The notes under the pieces are model-generated. The model saw only the letters and a list, made by a program, of their open reading frames with translations. It was not told where the DNA came from and made no database searches. Source: Promethearchaeota archaeon (lineage in GTDB: Archaea; Asgardarchaeota; Odinarchaeia; Odinarchaeales; JBHLKK01). From it: a stretch of 18,930 bases of DNA. This document shows, piece by piece, positions 7,175 to 15,248 of the stretch. Position numbers and translations under genes: made by a program. Within the stretch, counting starts at the first letter, position 1; every line of letters begins with the position of its first letter. The stretch spans positions 1 to 18,930 of the forward strand of contig JBHLPL010000030.1 of NCBI GenBank assembly GCA_048939465.1, read 5' to 3'.

Positions 7175-8467
7175 GTGAGTGTCGTAGATAGGATATTGGG
7201 GAGAGGCCCCGAAGACATAGCAAAGAAGCATGTAAGGAAGGGAAGGGAATACGTTTCCAAGAACAAGTGGGATAAGGCACTCATTGAATTTGAGAAAGCA
7301 GCAGAACAATTCCTCAAGGCAGGGCAATTCGAGGAAGTAGAGAGGAACTATTCGAGAGCAACTAAGTGCAGCCTGCGGGAAAAGAATTTCAAGAAAGCCT
7401 TGGAGAATAAGCATAGAGCTGCAATTCTAAGGCTGTCTTTGGATGATCTTATAGGCGCAGCCAAGTACTACGCCGCAAATGAAAAACTCGCTTCGCAGAT
7501 TAGATTATACCAATTCGCACTTCTTTATCTCAACTTGAACGGATTATGCTATCTTGTTGCTGGCAACTACACGAAGTTCTCTAAATGTGAGGAGAAAACG
7601 AGGAAGTATCGCTCTCTTCTAAATGAAAGGACCGAAGATCACAACGTAATCTCGAAAATCTGGAACAGCATTACAAAGCGTGATGCTGATGAGCTTGGGA
7701 TGGCAAAGAAAGTATTCAGAGAACTGAAACTGAGCCCACAGGAAAGAAGACTTGTTGAAAACGGGATTACATTAGCGGAGAAGGCACTGAGAGTGAATCT
7801 AAGTCTTACGGTTGAGAGAAAGGAAGTAGGTGTTGGAGAACATTTTGGCTTGGTGGCCAGCTTGAACTCGCCTGAAAAACTCTCGTTGATGGAATTCACT
7901 ATGAAGTATCCTAGGAACATGGCCATGGTTACTGATTTCGCTTTGCCCAGAGATTCGGTTTCAAAGGTCAAGATCGATGCAAAAGCAAAAGGGAGCTTAC
8001 CTGGAAAGATTCTGATCGGGCCAATGAAACTTTTATGCAAGGACAGAGCTGAAAGAGTTCTCATGGTTGTATCAGATCAGATAGAGCTGAGTATTCACCC
8101 GCCTGAATCGATCGTTGAGATACAGTTCTCATTACACGCCAATATCGTTTCTGTGGGCGAAGAAGTTGAAGCTACCATGGATTTAAGTAACATGAGTAAA
8201 GGCGAAGCGACCAACATTGTCGCCCGATTGGATATTCCTGAAGAAATCGAAATTATCCAAGGCACTATTGAAAAGAGAATACATGCTTTGGCCCCTGGCG
8301 AGAGAATGAGTTTTCTCATGGTGCTGCAGCCGAACAATGTCGGAGATTTTCAGATTGATGGTAAGGTCACGTTTGATGGTCCCAAAAAGAGTAATCAAAC
8401 GAATCAGGCGATCCCTGTAGAACTAAAAGTTGAACGAAGATCAATAGAGTCTTCACCGAAAGGCTAA
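7175..8467 (+). CDS. SNAP/TPR-like helical domain fused to two Ig-like beta-sandwich domains (BatD/CARDB-like); no signal peptide
   Basis: aa 1-205 are helical with repeated A..F..AA..F..AG patterns. aa ~206-309 and ~311-420 have alternating beta strands with the VGE, LSN..GEA.N and LAPGE motifs. GTG start after SD GAGGAG. Confidence 0.75.
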   Translation: MSVVDRILGRGPEDIAKKHVRKGREYVSKNKWDKALIEFEKAAEQFLKAGQFEEVERNYSRATKCSLREKNFKKALENKHRAAILRLSLDDLIGAAKYYAANEKLASQIRLYQFALLYLNLNGLCYLVAGNYTKFSKCEEKTRKYRSLLNERTEDHNVISKIWNSITKRDADELGMAKKVFRELKLSPQERRLVENGITLAEKALRVNLSLTVERKEVGVGEHFGLVASLNSPEKLSLMEFTMKYPRNMAMVTDFALPRDSVSKVKIDAKAKGSLPGKILIGPMKLLCKDRAERVLMVVSDQIELSIHPPESIVEIQFSLHANIVSVGEEVEATMDLSNMSKGEATNIVARLDIPEEIEIIQGTIEKRIHALAPGERMSFLMVLQPNNVGDFQIDGKVTFDGPKKSNQTNQAIPVELKVERRSIESSPKG

Positions 8468-8518
8468 AAGGTAGAATTCAAGGGAGGGCGATTTCAGCCT
8501 CACGTAATGTGACAAGAA

Positions 8519-8535
8519 TATTCCCCACGGGAATA
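8519..8535. promoter_or_regulatory. Inverted repeat TATTCCC-CAC-GGGAATA upstream of SAM synthetase (candidate operator)
   Basis: Perfect 7-bp arms in the intergenic region, just upstream of a TATA-like TTATAT at 8552-8557. Confidence 0.35.
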
Positions 8536-8639
8536 AAATTCACAGTAAGACTTATATGATAACGCTTCTGTGCATAAATATCGTTTGGAAATGGATCAGC
8601 GATGTAGGGTATCTGTCAATCGAAAAGAAGGGAAGAGAA

Positions 8640-9848
8640 TTGAAGAATATCTTGGTGGGAGAATTAAAACAACCGGCTCTAGAAGATCAAAGAATGGAAA
8701 TCTGCGAAAGGAAGGGTATAGGGCATCCAGATACTATATGCGATGCCATAATGAATGATGTTTCGATAGAGCTTTCCAAAGTATATCTGAGGCGATTCAA
8801 TGACGTCTTACACCACAACATAGACAAAGGACTACTTGCAGCCGGAGAAACAGAAACGGATTTTGGGGGAGGCAAAGTCACAAAACCCATGCTTCTGGTT
8901 TTTGGCGATAGAGCTACGTTTGAGGTCGGAACTGAGAAAATCCCAGTTGAAGAGATAACCCTGAGAACTGCCAAAGATTGGTTTAGAAATAATATTAGAT
9001 TTGTAGATCCGGAGAAACATGTGAACTATCAGATTGAGCTGAAGAGGGGTTCTGAAGCACTGACAGACATATTCAAGAGAAAAGGTAAATTCAAAGGAGC
9101 CAATGATACATCAGCAGCTGTCGGTTTTGCGCCGATGACTGAAACAGAGAATATTGTTTTGGAACTGGAACGATTCCTGAACTCGGCAAAATTCAAAAAG
9201 GACCATCCGGAGTCCGGAGAAGATATAAAGGTTATGGGGTTGAGGAAGAACAATGAGCTCTTTCTCACCGTCGCTATGGCATTTGTTGATAGGTTTGTTG
9301 GAAGCGAGGATTCCTATTTCAAGAGAAAAGACGAAATCCTCGAAGAAATAAAGGAATTCGTTCCACCAAAGATAAGCCTAGAAAAGGTCAACTACTTCCT
9401 TAACACCTTGGATCAACGAGGCAGAGGAAAAAGCGGAGTCTATTTAACAGTTCTCGGTACCTCTGCCGATGGTGCAGACTGTGGACAGGTCGGAAGAGGG
9501 AATAGACCGAACGGCGTAATTGCACTGAACAGACCTTCTTCTGCCGAGGCCGCAGCAGGTAAGAATCCGGTCAGCCATGTTGGCAAAATTTACAACGTGG
9601 TAAGCTATAGAATAGCCGACCAGATATACCAGAGAGTCCCTGGCATAAAAGAAGCGTACGTATGGCTCCTAAGCCAGATAGGTAACCCCATCAATGAGCC
9701 ACTAATAGCGTCTGCCCAGATCATACTAGAAGAGGGAGGCGCTCTCGACAGTATTTCGAAAGAAGTCGCTAATGTAGTTGAGGATGAGCTGGATAATATA
9801 GATAAATTCTGCGACGATTTGGCATATGGTAGGGTTTCAGTATACTAG
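8640..9848 (+). CDS. mat: Archaeal-type S-adenosylmethionine synthetase
   Basis: [36 protein letters not shown] and [17 protein letters not shown]. The likely start is TTG at 8640 (MKNILV...), matching the usual N-terminus. The track start at 8556 is probably too long. Confidence 0.95.
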   Translation: MKNILVGELKQPALEDQRMEICERKGIGHPDTICDAIMNDVSIELSKVYLRRFNDVLHHNIDKGLLAAGETETDFGGGKVTKPMLLVFGDRATFEVGTEKIPVEEITLRTAKDWFRNNIRFVDPEKHVNYQIELKRGSEALTDIFKRKGKFKGANDTSAAVGFAPMTETENIVLELERFLNSAKFKKDHPESGEDIKVMGLRKNNELFLTVAMAFVDRFVGSEDSYFKRKDEILEEIKEFVPPKISLEKVNYFLNTLDQRGRGKSGVYLTVLGTSADGADCGQVGRGNRPNGVIALNRPSSAEAAAGKNPVSHVGKIYNVVSYRIADQIYQRVPGIKEAYVWLLSQIGNPINEPLIASAQIILEEGGALDSISKEVANVVEDELDNIDKFCDDLAYGRVSVY

Positions 9849-9875
9849 ACCGCTGAGACAGTTGGATTCGCACAT

Positions 9876-10322
9876 TCAATCGCTAATCCTAATTGTCTCC
9901 CACTTGATTCGTTTGCTCTCTAGTGCCCGCTTTATCTTCTTCTGTTCTACAGTAAGTGCTGAATCTCCGGTCTTTATATCCATCAAAACAACCGTAATTG
10001 GTCTGTCTTTTCTATTATCCTTTATATCGGTATAACCATCAAAAATCACGTAATCAATGGGAGATCCTATGAATCTCGCGTCAGCAGGATTGTACTTAAA
10101 TTCTGCGAAGAATGGGATCATCTGTTCCACAATCCTACCCTTAAGACTTGCTCTACTTCTCCTCAACACATCGTCTCTCAGTTGGGCCTCCATTTCCATG
10201 AATCTTTTCTCGGCTCTGATTTCAATCTCTCGCTTTGCCAATCCTCGCTCTCGAACTAGGAACACGACGACTAGAGCGAGAATTATGATAGTTGAAACGA
10301 GGGCAATTGTCAGGACATCCAT
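9876..10322 (-). CDS. Membrane-anchored endonuclease related to archaeal Holliday junction resolvase (PD-(D/E)XK, Endonuc_Holl-like)
   Basis: N-terminal TM helix and coiled linker, then SRASLKGRIVEQMIP, ARFIGSPIDYVIFDG and DIKTG. The likely start is ATG at 10322. Confidence 0.88.
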   Translation of the reverse strand: MDVLTIALVSTIIILALVVVFLVRERGLAKREIEIRAEKRFMEMEAQLRDDVLRRSRASLKGRIVEQMIPFFAEFKYNPADARFIGSPIDYVIFDGYTDIKDNRKDRPITVVLMDIKTGDSALTVEQKKIKRALESKRIKWETIRISD

Positions 10323-10478
10323 AAAGGCACCCCATTTGGTAGTAGCAAAGAGTTGCATTTAAGCCTAGTGGAATTGATAACGATGACTGAGTCCCGGCTC
10401 CGTTTTACCCCCTTTCTGAGCAAAAGATATATGGAGAAGTAAGCTAATACTTGAATAATATAATTAGAGGGGGCATCA

Positions 10479-12848
10479 GTGGAAATAGAGTTCTGGGCTT
10501 TTGATGTCGGGCAGATAACCAGAGATAGATCTCCTCAAATCCTACTTTGGGGTATTGATCCAGGAGGGCAGAGGCTGTTAATCATCGATGATACGTTTAG
10601 ACCATACTTCTATGTTCTGCCAAGAGACGGAGTTGACCCACGTTCATTAATGGAAGCTATTAGGACTCTGTCGGAGCCTGAGTCTCAAATAGTGGGCATT
10701 GAGGTTGTAAACCGAAAGCTTTTTGGCAGGCTTTTAAGGGTTCTAAAGGTTACGTGTCAGAATCACGAAGGATTACAGACCCTTGCTTCTAAGATTTCCG
10801 AAGAGAGATCAGTGAAGAATTGCTACGAGGCAGACATAAGGTTCTACATCAGATACCTAATCGATAAGGCGATTGTCCCATGCCAATGGTACAGAGCTCA
10901 TGTAGAAAGAGTGAAAGAACCTTCAGGAATCATGGTGGATGCGATTTATAGGCTTTTGAAAAGCCCCGTACCGTCTACCAGAGATGAGCTTCCCAGCTTA
11001 AGGATCTTGGTTTTTGATATGCGAGACTATGTCTCAACCGGTATCGTGAATCCTGAAAAAGATCCGGTGATTGTAGTAACCGCCGCAACAAACACCGGAG
11101 AGCTGAAACAGTTTGCAGCAAAGGATCATAATGACAACCTTCTCTTAAATGATTTTGTAGGTTATGTCAGGCAGTTTGATCCAGATTTTATGCTTGGATA
11201 TTATTCCAACTTCCACGACTTGCCCTTCATTACAAGAAGGGCAAGAATACTGAAGGCCAATCTTGCCATTGGCAGAGACAGCTCTGAGCCGCACCCTAGC
11301 GTTTACGGTCATTATTCTATTGCAGGCAGGGCCAATATTGATTTGTATGATGCCACAGAATTGATAGCTGCAGTAAAGCTGAAAACCCTAGAGAATATAG
11401 CAGACTTCCTGAAAGTCTCGCCTCGAAAAGACCGTACCATTATTGATGACATCCAAATAGCAGAGCACTGGGACGACGAAAAGCTGAGACCCAAACTCTT
11501 GAGATACTCCAAAGAGAATTCTGAGTCCATTAAGGGAATAGCTGAGAGATTGCTGCCATCTATTATATCAATGGCTCAGGTCACTGGTATGCCTCCGGAT
11601 CAGGTTATGCGCGCAGGCGCAGGCTTTAGGGTAGAAAATATACTCCTTCGAGAGGCTTATCAAGCGGGAGAATTGGCACCGAGCAGAGTCGAGCACCCCC
11701 CGACCACATATGTCGGAGGTTTCGTTCTAGAGCCTAAGGAAGGCATATACAGTAATATAGCGGTCTTTGACTTCAGCTCTATGTATCCAAGTCTTATGAT
11801 AAAATATAATCTGTCTCCCGACACTTACGTATCGCCCAAAGAGAAATTCTCTGGGGAAGAGATTACCACGCCAGAAGTTGGGCATAGGTTCAGAAGAGAA
11901 CCGCCAGGCTTCTATAAGCGTGTTTTAGAGAGGCTTCTGAGAGTTAGAAAAGAGATAAGAGCCAAAATGAAGAACTTGGGTCGGGACAGCACGGATTATA
12001 CAATGCTCAACGAAAGGCAGAAAGCTGTAAAGATCATTACGAATGCCACCTACGGCTATTGCGGTTGGAGGGGAGCGCGGTGGTATCTAAGGCCTGTTGC
12101 TGAAGCAACAGCTGCTTGGGGGCGAAACATAATAAAAAGGACTGTTGAGATCGCCGAAGAGACCGGATTAACCGTTATATATGGTGATACTGACAGCATT
12201 TTCATTTCTCATGATCCTAAGAAAATGAAGAGGTTTGCAAAGAGAGTCGAGAGTGAGCTTAGACTTAGGATCAAACCTGATAAGATATTTTCACGTATTC
12301 TTTTCACAAAGGCTAAGAAGAAGTATGCAGGGCTTCTCAAGGACGGGGCCCTAGACATCACCGGTTTTGAAGTGGTTAGAGGAGATTGGCCCGCAATAGC
12401 AAGAGAAGTTCAAGAGGAAGTAATCCGGCTTCTGCTGAAAGGCAAGGCGGTCAGTAAGGCTGTAAGATACGTAAGAGGTGTAATCAAGAAGATCCAATCA
12501 TACGAGATTCCCTATGAGAAGTTTGTGATATGGGAGACTTTAACGAAACACCCCTCTGAGTACAAAGTCAGGGCTCCTCATGTTAGCGCTGCAACTAAAT
12601 TGATAGAAGCCGGAGGAAGGCTTGAAGAAGGATCTAAAATTGGTTACGTTGTTCTAAAAGGGACAGGTCGATTATCTGACCGTGTAGCTCCCTACAATCT
12701 TGCAGCTAAGGAGGAGCTAGACGTCGGCTATTACGTAAACAATCAAATTGCCCCGGTTGCCTTGAGAGTACTGGAAGTCTTTGGTGTGACGAAAGAACAG
12801 CTTATCGAAACGCCCCAAAGATCGTTAGATGAGATTCTTGGTGATTAA
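10479..12848 (+). CDS. polB3: Family B DNA polymerase, crenarchaeal PolB3 type, with degenerate exonuclease motifs
   Basis: DFSSMYPS, KIITNATYGY, YGDTDS, KKKY and GFEVVRGDW, plus PolB3-typical segments (SVYGHYSIAGR, PEVGHRFRR). GTG start after SD GAGGGG. No intein. Confidence 0.93.
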   Translation: MEIEFWAFDVGQITRDRSPQILLWGIDPGGQRLLIIDDTFRPYFYVLPRDGVDPRSLMEAIRTLSEPESQIVGIEVVNRKLFGRLLRVLKVTCQNHEGLQTLASKISEERSVKNCYEADIRFYIRYLIDKAIVPCQWYRAHVERVKEPSGIMVDAIYRLLKSPVPSTRDELPSLRILVFDMRDYVSTGIVNPEKDPVIVVTAATNTGELKQFAAKDHNDNLLLNDFVGYVRQFDPDFMLGYYSNFHDLPFITRRARILKANLAIGRDSSEPHPSVYGHYSIAGRANIDLYDATELIAAVKLKTLENIADFLKVSPRKDRTIIDDIQIAEHWDDEKLRPKLLRYSKENSESIKGIAERLLPSIISMAQVTGMPPDQVMRAGAGFRVENILLREAYQAGELAPSRVEHPPTTYVGGFVLEPKEGIYSNIAVFDFSSMYPSLMIKYNLSPDTYVSPKEKFSGEEITTPEVGHRFRREPPGFYKRVLERLLRVRKEIRAKMKNLGRDSTDYTMLNERQKAVKIITNATYGYCGWRGARWYLRPVAEATAAWGRNIIKRTVEIAEETGLTVIYGDTDSIFISHDPKKMKRFAKRVESELRLRIKPDKIFSRILFTKAKKKYAGLLKDGALDITGFEVVRGDWPAIAREVQEEVIRLLLKGKAVSKAVRYVRGVIKKIQSYEIPYEKFVIWETLTKHPSEYKVRAPHVSAATKLIEAGGRLEEGSKIGYVVLKGTGRLSDRVAPYNLAAKEELDVGYYVNNQIAPVALRVLEVFGVTKEQLIETPQRSLDEILGD

Positions 12849-12936
12849 AGTACTCAACATCAGCGGAAGCCCAACTGGTCAAGCCTCGACTCCATTAAGA
12901 ATGAACGAAAGCTTATTTGATTGGAAGAGCGCATAA
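12841..12936 (+). pseudogene. Probable 5' remnant of a flavodoxin-like / NADPH-dependent FMN reductase gene
   Basis: GTG overlaps the polB stop (GTGATTAA) and reads MIKVLNISGSPTGQAST, which fits the family N-terminus MKVL.ISGSP...G[NS]T. The frame stops after 31 codons. Confidence 0.45.
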
Positions 12937-13219
12937 TCGGAAAATTGCATTTTTCGATTATATAATCGAAAGACACCCTAAGTATCGCGAGGGAAAGCAA
13001 GAGACTGGCATCGAGGAAACCAAGAAAAACCCGGCTGTCAAAAGCGATCTTTTCGAAGATAGAATCAAAGAACGTGCGAAATGCCATAGCGAGAAAGAGG
13101 GAGATTGTTCCGCCTCCGAGGAAGAAACAGAATGTTGAAAGCCAAGCTATTGGATATTCTTCTCAATTTAGAATAAGATTTCAAAAAGCTCGACACAAAC
13201 GGAGTTTTGGGGTGAGATT

Positions 13220-14149
13220 GTGGTCCGTAAGCCATATAGCGAATTAATGAGAAGGTTTTTCGACGGAAGATTTACATTTACAGGAGAGATTGAGCCTGGA
13301 AAAACGGCAGATCTGACAGGTGTTATCGAAGCGGGAAGACTGTATAAGGGAAGCGTTGCAGCAGTAAATATTACAGACTGCCCCATGGCTTCCGCCTATA
13401 TGAATAGTCTGGTTCCTTCTTTTATTGTTCAGAAGGAAGTGGGAATTGAGACGATATATCAAGTTACCTGCCGCGATAGAAATAGAATAGCCATTTTTGC
13501 CGACTTGCTGGCTGCAGGAGCCCTCGAAATTGTCAATATCTTGGCATTAACAGGAGATCACACAACTCGTGGAGATTCTCCAGAGGCCAAACCCGTGTTT
13601 GATCTCAACTCTGTAAGTCTTATCCGCATGATAAGAAAGATGACAGATGAGGGGAAAGATCTTAATGACAACGAAATAGAACGGCCTCCTAGATTCCATG
13701 TAGGTGCTGTGGCCAATCCCTGCGCAAATCCGATGGAGCCAGAAATACTCAAGATTGAAAAGAAAGTGAATGCTGGTGCCGAATTCATCCAGACACAGGT
13801 CGTCTATGATATAGAAAGAGCGAGGCAATTCTTGAATAATGTTGAACATCTGGATGTTCCTGTCTTAATAGGTATTTTTCCTCTCAAATCGTCCAAAGCA
13901 GCGTCGTGGATGAGTCGATACTGTTCTGCGGTCAACATACCAGTTGAGCTAATGGATAAGCTGTATAAGGTCGAGAAGATAAGTGATAAAAATCTTCAAG
14001 AGTCTCACTACAAGGAGATTAACGCAGATTACTTCGGGGATTTTGTTCGCGAGCTGAGGAAAACCACGAAAGCTGCAGGCTGTCATATCATGGCGGCTGG
14101 ATTTGAGGAGATAGCCAAGCACATAGTAGAAGCGTCCGGAGTAGAATAA
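13220..14149 (+). CDS. metF: Methylenetetrahydrofolate reductase (MetF-like, FAD-dependent TIM barrel)
   Basis: TGEIEP, NITD, TCRDRNR, LALTGD and KKVNAGAEFIQTQ. GTG start after SD GGGGTGA. Confidence 0.9.
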   Translation: MVRKPYSELMRRFFDGRFTFTGEIEPGKTADLTGVIEAGRLYKGSVAAVNITDCPMASAYMNSLVPSFIVQKEVGIETIYQVTCRDRNRIAIFADLLAAGALEIVNILALTGDHTTRGDSPEAKPVFDLNSVSLIRMIRKMTDEGKDLNDNEIERPPRFHVGAVANPCANPMEPEILKIEKKVNAGAEFIQTQVVYDIERARQFLNNVEHLDVPVLIGIFPLKSSKAASWMSRYCSAVNIPVELMDKLYKVEKISDKNLQESHYKEINADYFGDFVRELRKTTKAAGCHIMAAGFEEIAKHIVEASGVE

Positions 14150-14201
14150 ATTTATAAAATGCTTGGTTATCATTATTCTATTCATCAAGGGGATTTTGAT
14201 T

Positions 14202-15245
14202 GTGACAGTACGAAAGGATATGCCGCTATCCCCAATTGAATTGGCGCTGCTGACAGAGTGCCCACGCGAAATACTACTGTGGGCACCATTATCTAATTTA
14301 GAACGGCTTGGTATTGTGGGAAGAAAGGAAATAGAGTATACGTTAGAGGCCAAAATTGAAGGGAAGAAAGAGACTCACACCTTCTCTGAAATAACGTATG
14401 TGTTTTCAGATGGGTTCGTCAGACTGCTGCAGGAAGCTCTGAATGAGAAAAAGGCCAAGAAAATTGTTAAGCTAATGTACCGCAAAGACTGGACTTGCTT
14501 TGACAATATTGAAGATAGGAATGCGGGAAGAATCGACTGCTATTGCACAATCAAAGACAAGAAGAAAGGACCAATCATAGGGGGAGTCATTAAGAGTATG
14601 ATTGGTGACAGCATTGTGACGCCATGTGAGGCAGTCTTGATTATGGCACTGGCCCGTCCAATCCTGCCGATAGGTGATGATAAGATTGGAAGGAGATATA
14701 CGGCAGGAGGAGACCTTTATGCAAGTGTTTTGACGAAGTTCCTTGAGTTTATGCCTGGAGAGTGGATCGATAAAAGAGCGGTAAGCTTCGAGAATGCTAT
14801 TAATCGGGTTGCTGAGTGGCTATGTGTTCGAGGTCTTCTTGATGATGACTCCTTGAAGGCTACAAAAAAAGGCTCCAGAATTAAGACTGATATTTTGGGA
14901 AGACTAGAAGGTGTTGCCAAATCAAAGGATACACAGCTGATTGATCGATATAGGCCTTGGATCCTGGCTGCGGGACTCATACCATCAGACGTCATGCGGG
15001 AGAGGGTGCCGATAGACTGGTTTATGCTTGCATATGCAACCCTGTATATGGAATTCTGTTCAAGAAACAAAGATGGAGAGTGGTTCATAATTCAGAGAAA
15101 CTTTGGAAGTGGATCCGGTCAGCCCCCCTACATGAACAGGCTATACGGGGTTCAAAATCGGAAAAAATGCCTTAAACTGATAAAACCATTGGACGAGGAG
15201 ACTGAAGCAAGGGTATATGAAAGAATGGGAATCAAAATCAGATAG
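14202..15245 (+). CDS. Uncharacterised soluble protein with weak GPP34/GOLPH3- or DUF2207-like motif pattern
   Basis: Long open frame. The likely start is GTG at 14202, 8 nt after AAGGGGA (the track gives 14163). It contains LSPIELALL, LLQEAL and RVAEWLCVRGLL. The family call is tentative. Confidence 0.7.
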   Translation: MTVRKDMPLSPIELALLTECPREILLWAPLSNLERLGIVGRKEIEYTLEAKIEGKKETHTFSEITYVFSDGFVRLLQEALNEKKAKKIVKLMYRKDWTCFDNIEDRNAGRIDCYCTIKDKKKGPIIGGVIKSMIGDSIVTPCEAVLIMALARPILPIGDDKIGRRYTAGGDLYASVLTKFLEFMPGEWIDKRAVSFENAINRVAEWLCVRGLLDDDSLKATKKGSRIKTDILGRLEGVAKSKDTQLIDRYRPWILAAGLIPSDVMRERVPIDWFMLAYATLYMEFCSRNKDGEWFIIQRNFGSGSGQPPYMNRLYGVQNRKKCLKLIKPLDEETEARVYERMGIKIR

Positions 15246-15248
15246 GTG

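Noticed and set aside
10479-12848. Intein in PolB, or assignment as inactivated PolB2
   Set aside because: The length and motifs are continuous with no intein signatures. The polymerase motifs are intact and the sequence follows PolB3.
13013-13036. GAGGAAAC...AAACCCGGCT, resembling RNase P conserved regions
   Set aside because: The two motifs are only a few nt apart instead of about 250-300 nt, and no flanking P1/P2 helices are present.
12860-13138. Track ORFs 12860-13087 (-) and 12917-13138 (+)
   Set aside because: They overlap each other, have no SD support and no recognisable motifs. A faint MetV-like EIVPP segment in a third frame is too weak to call.
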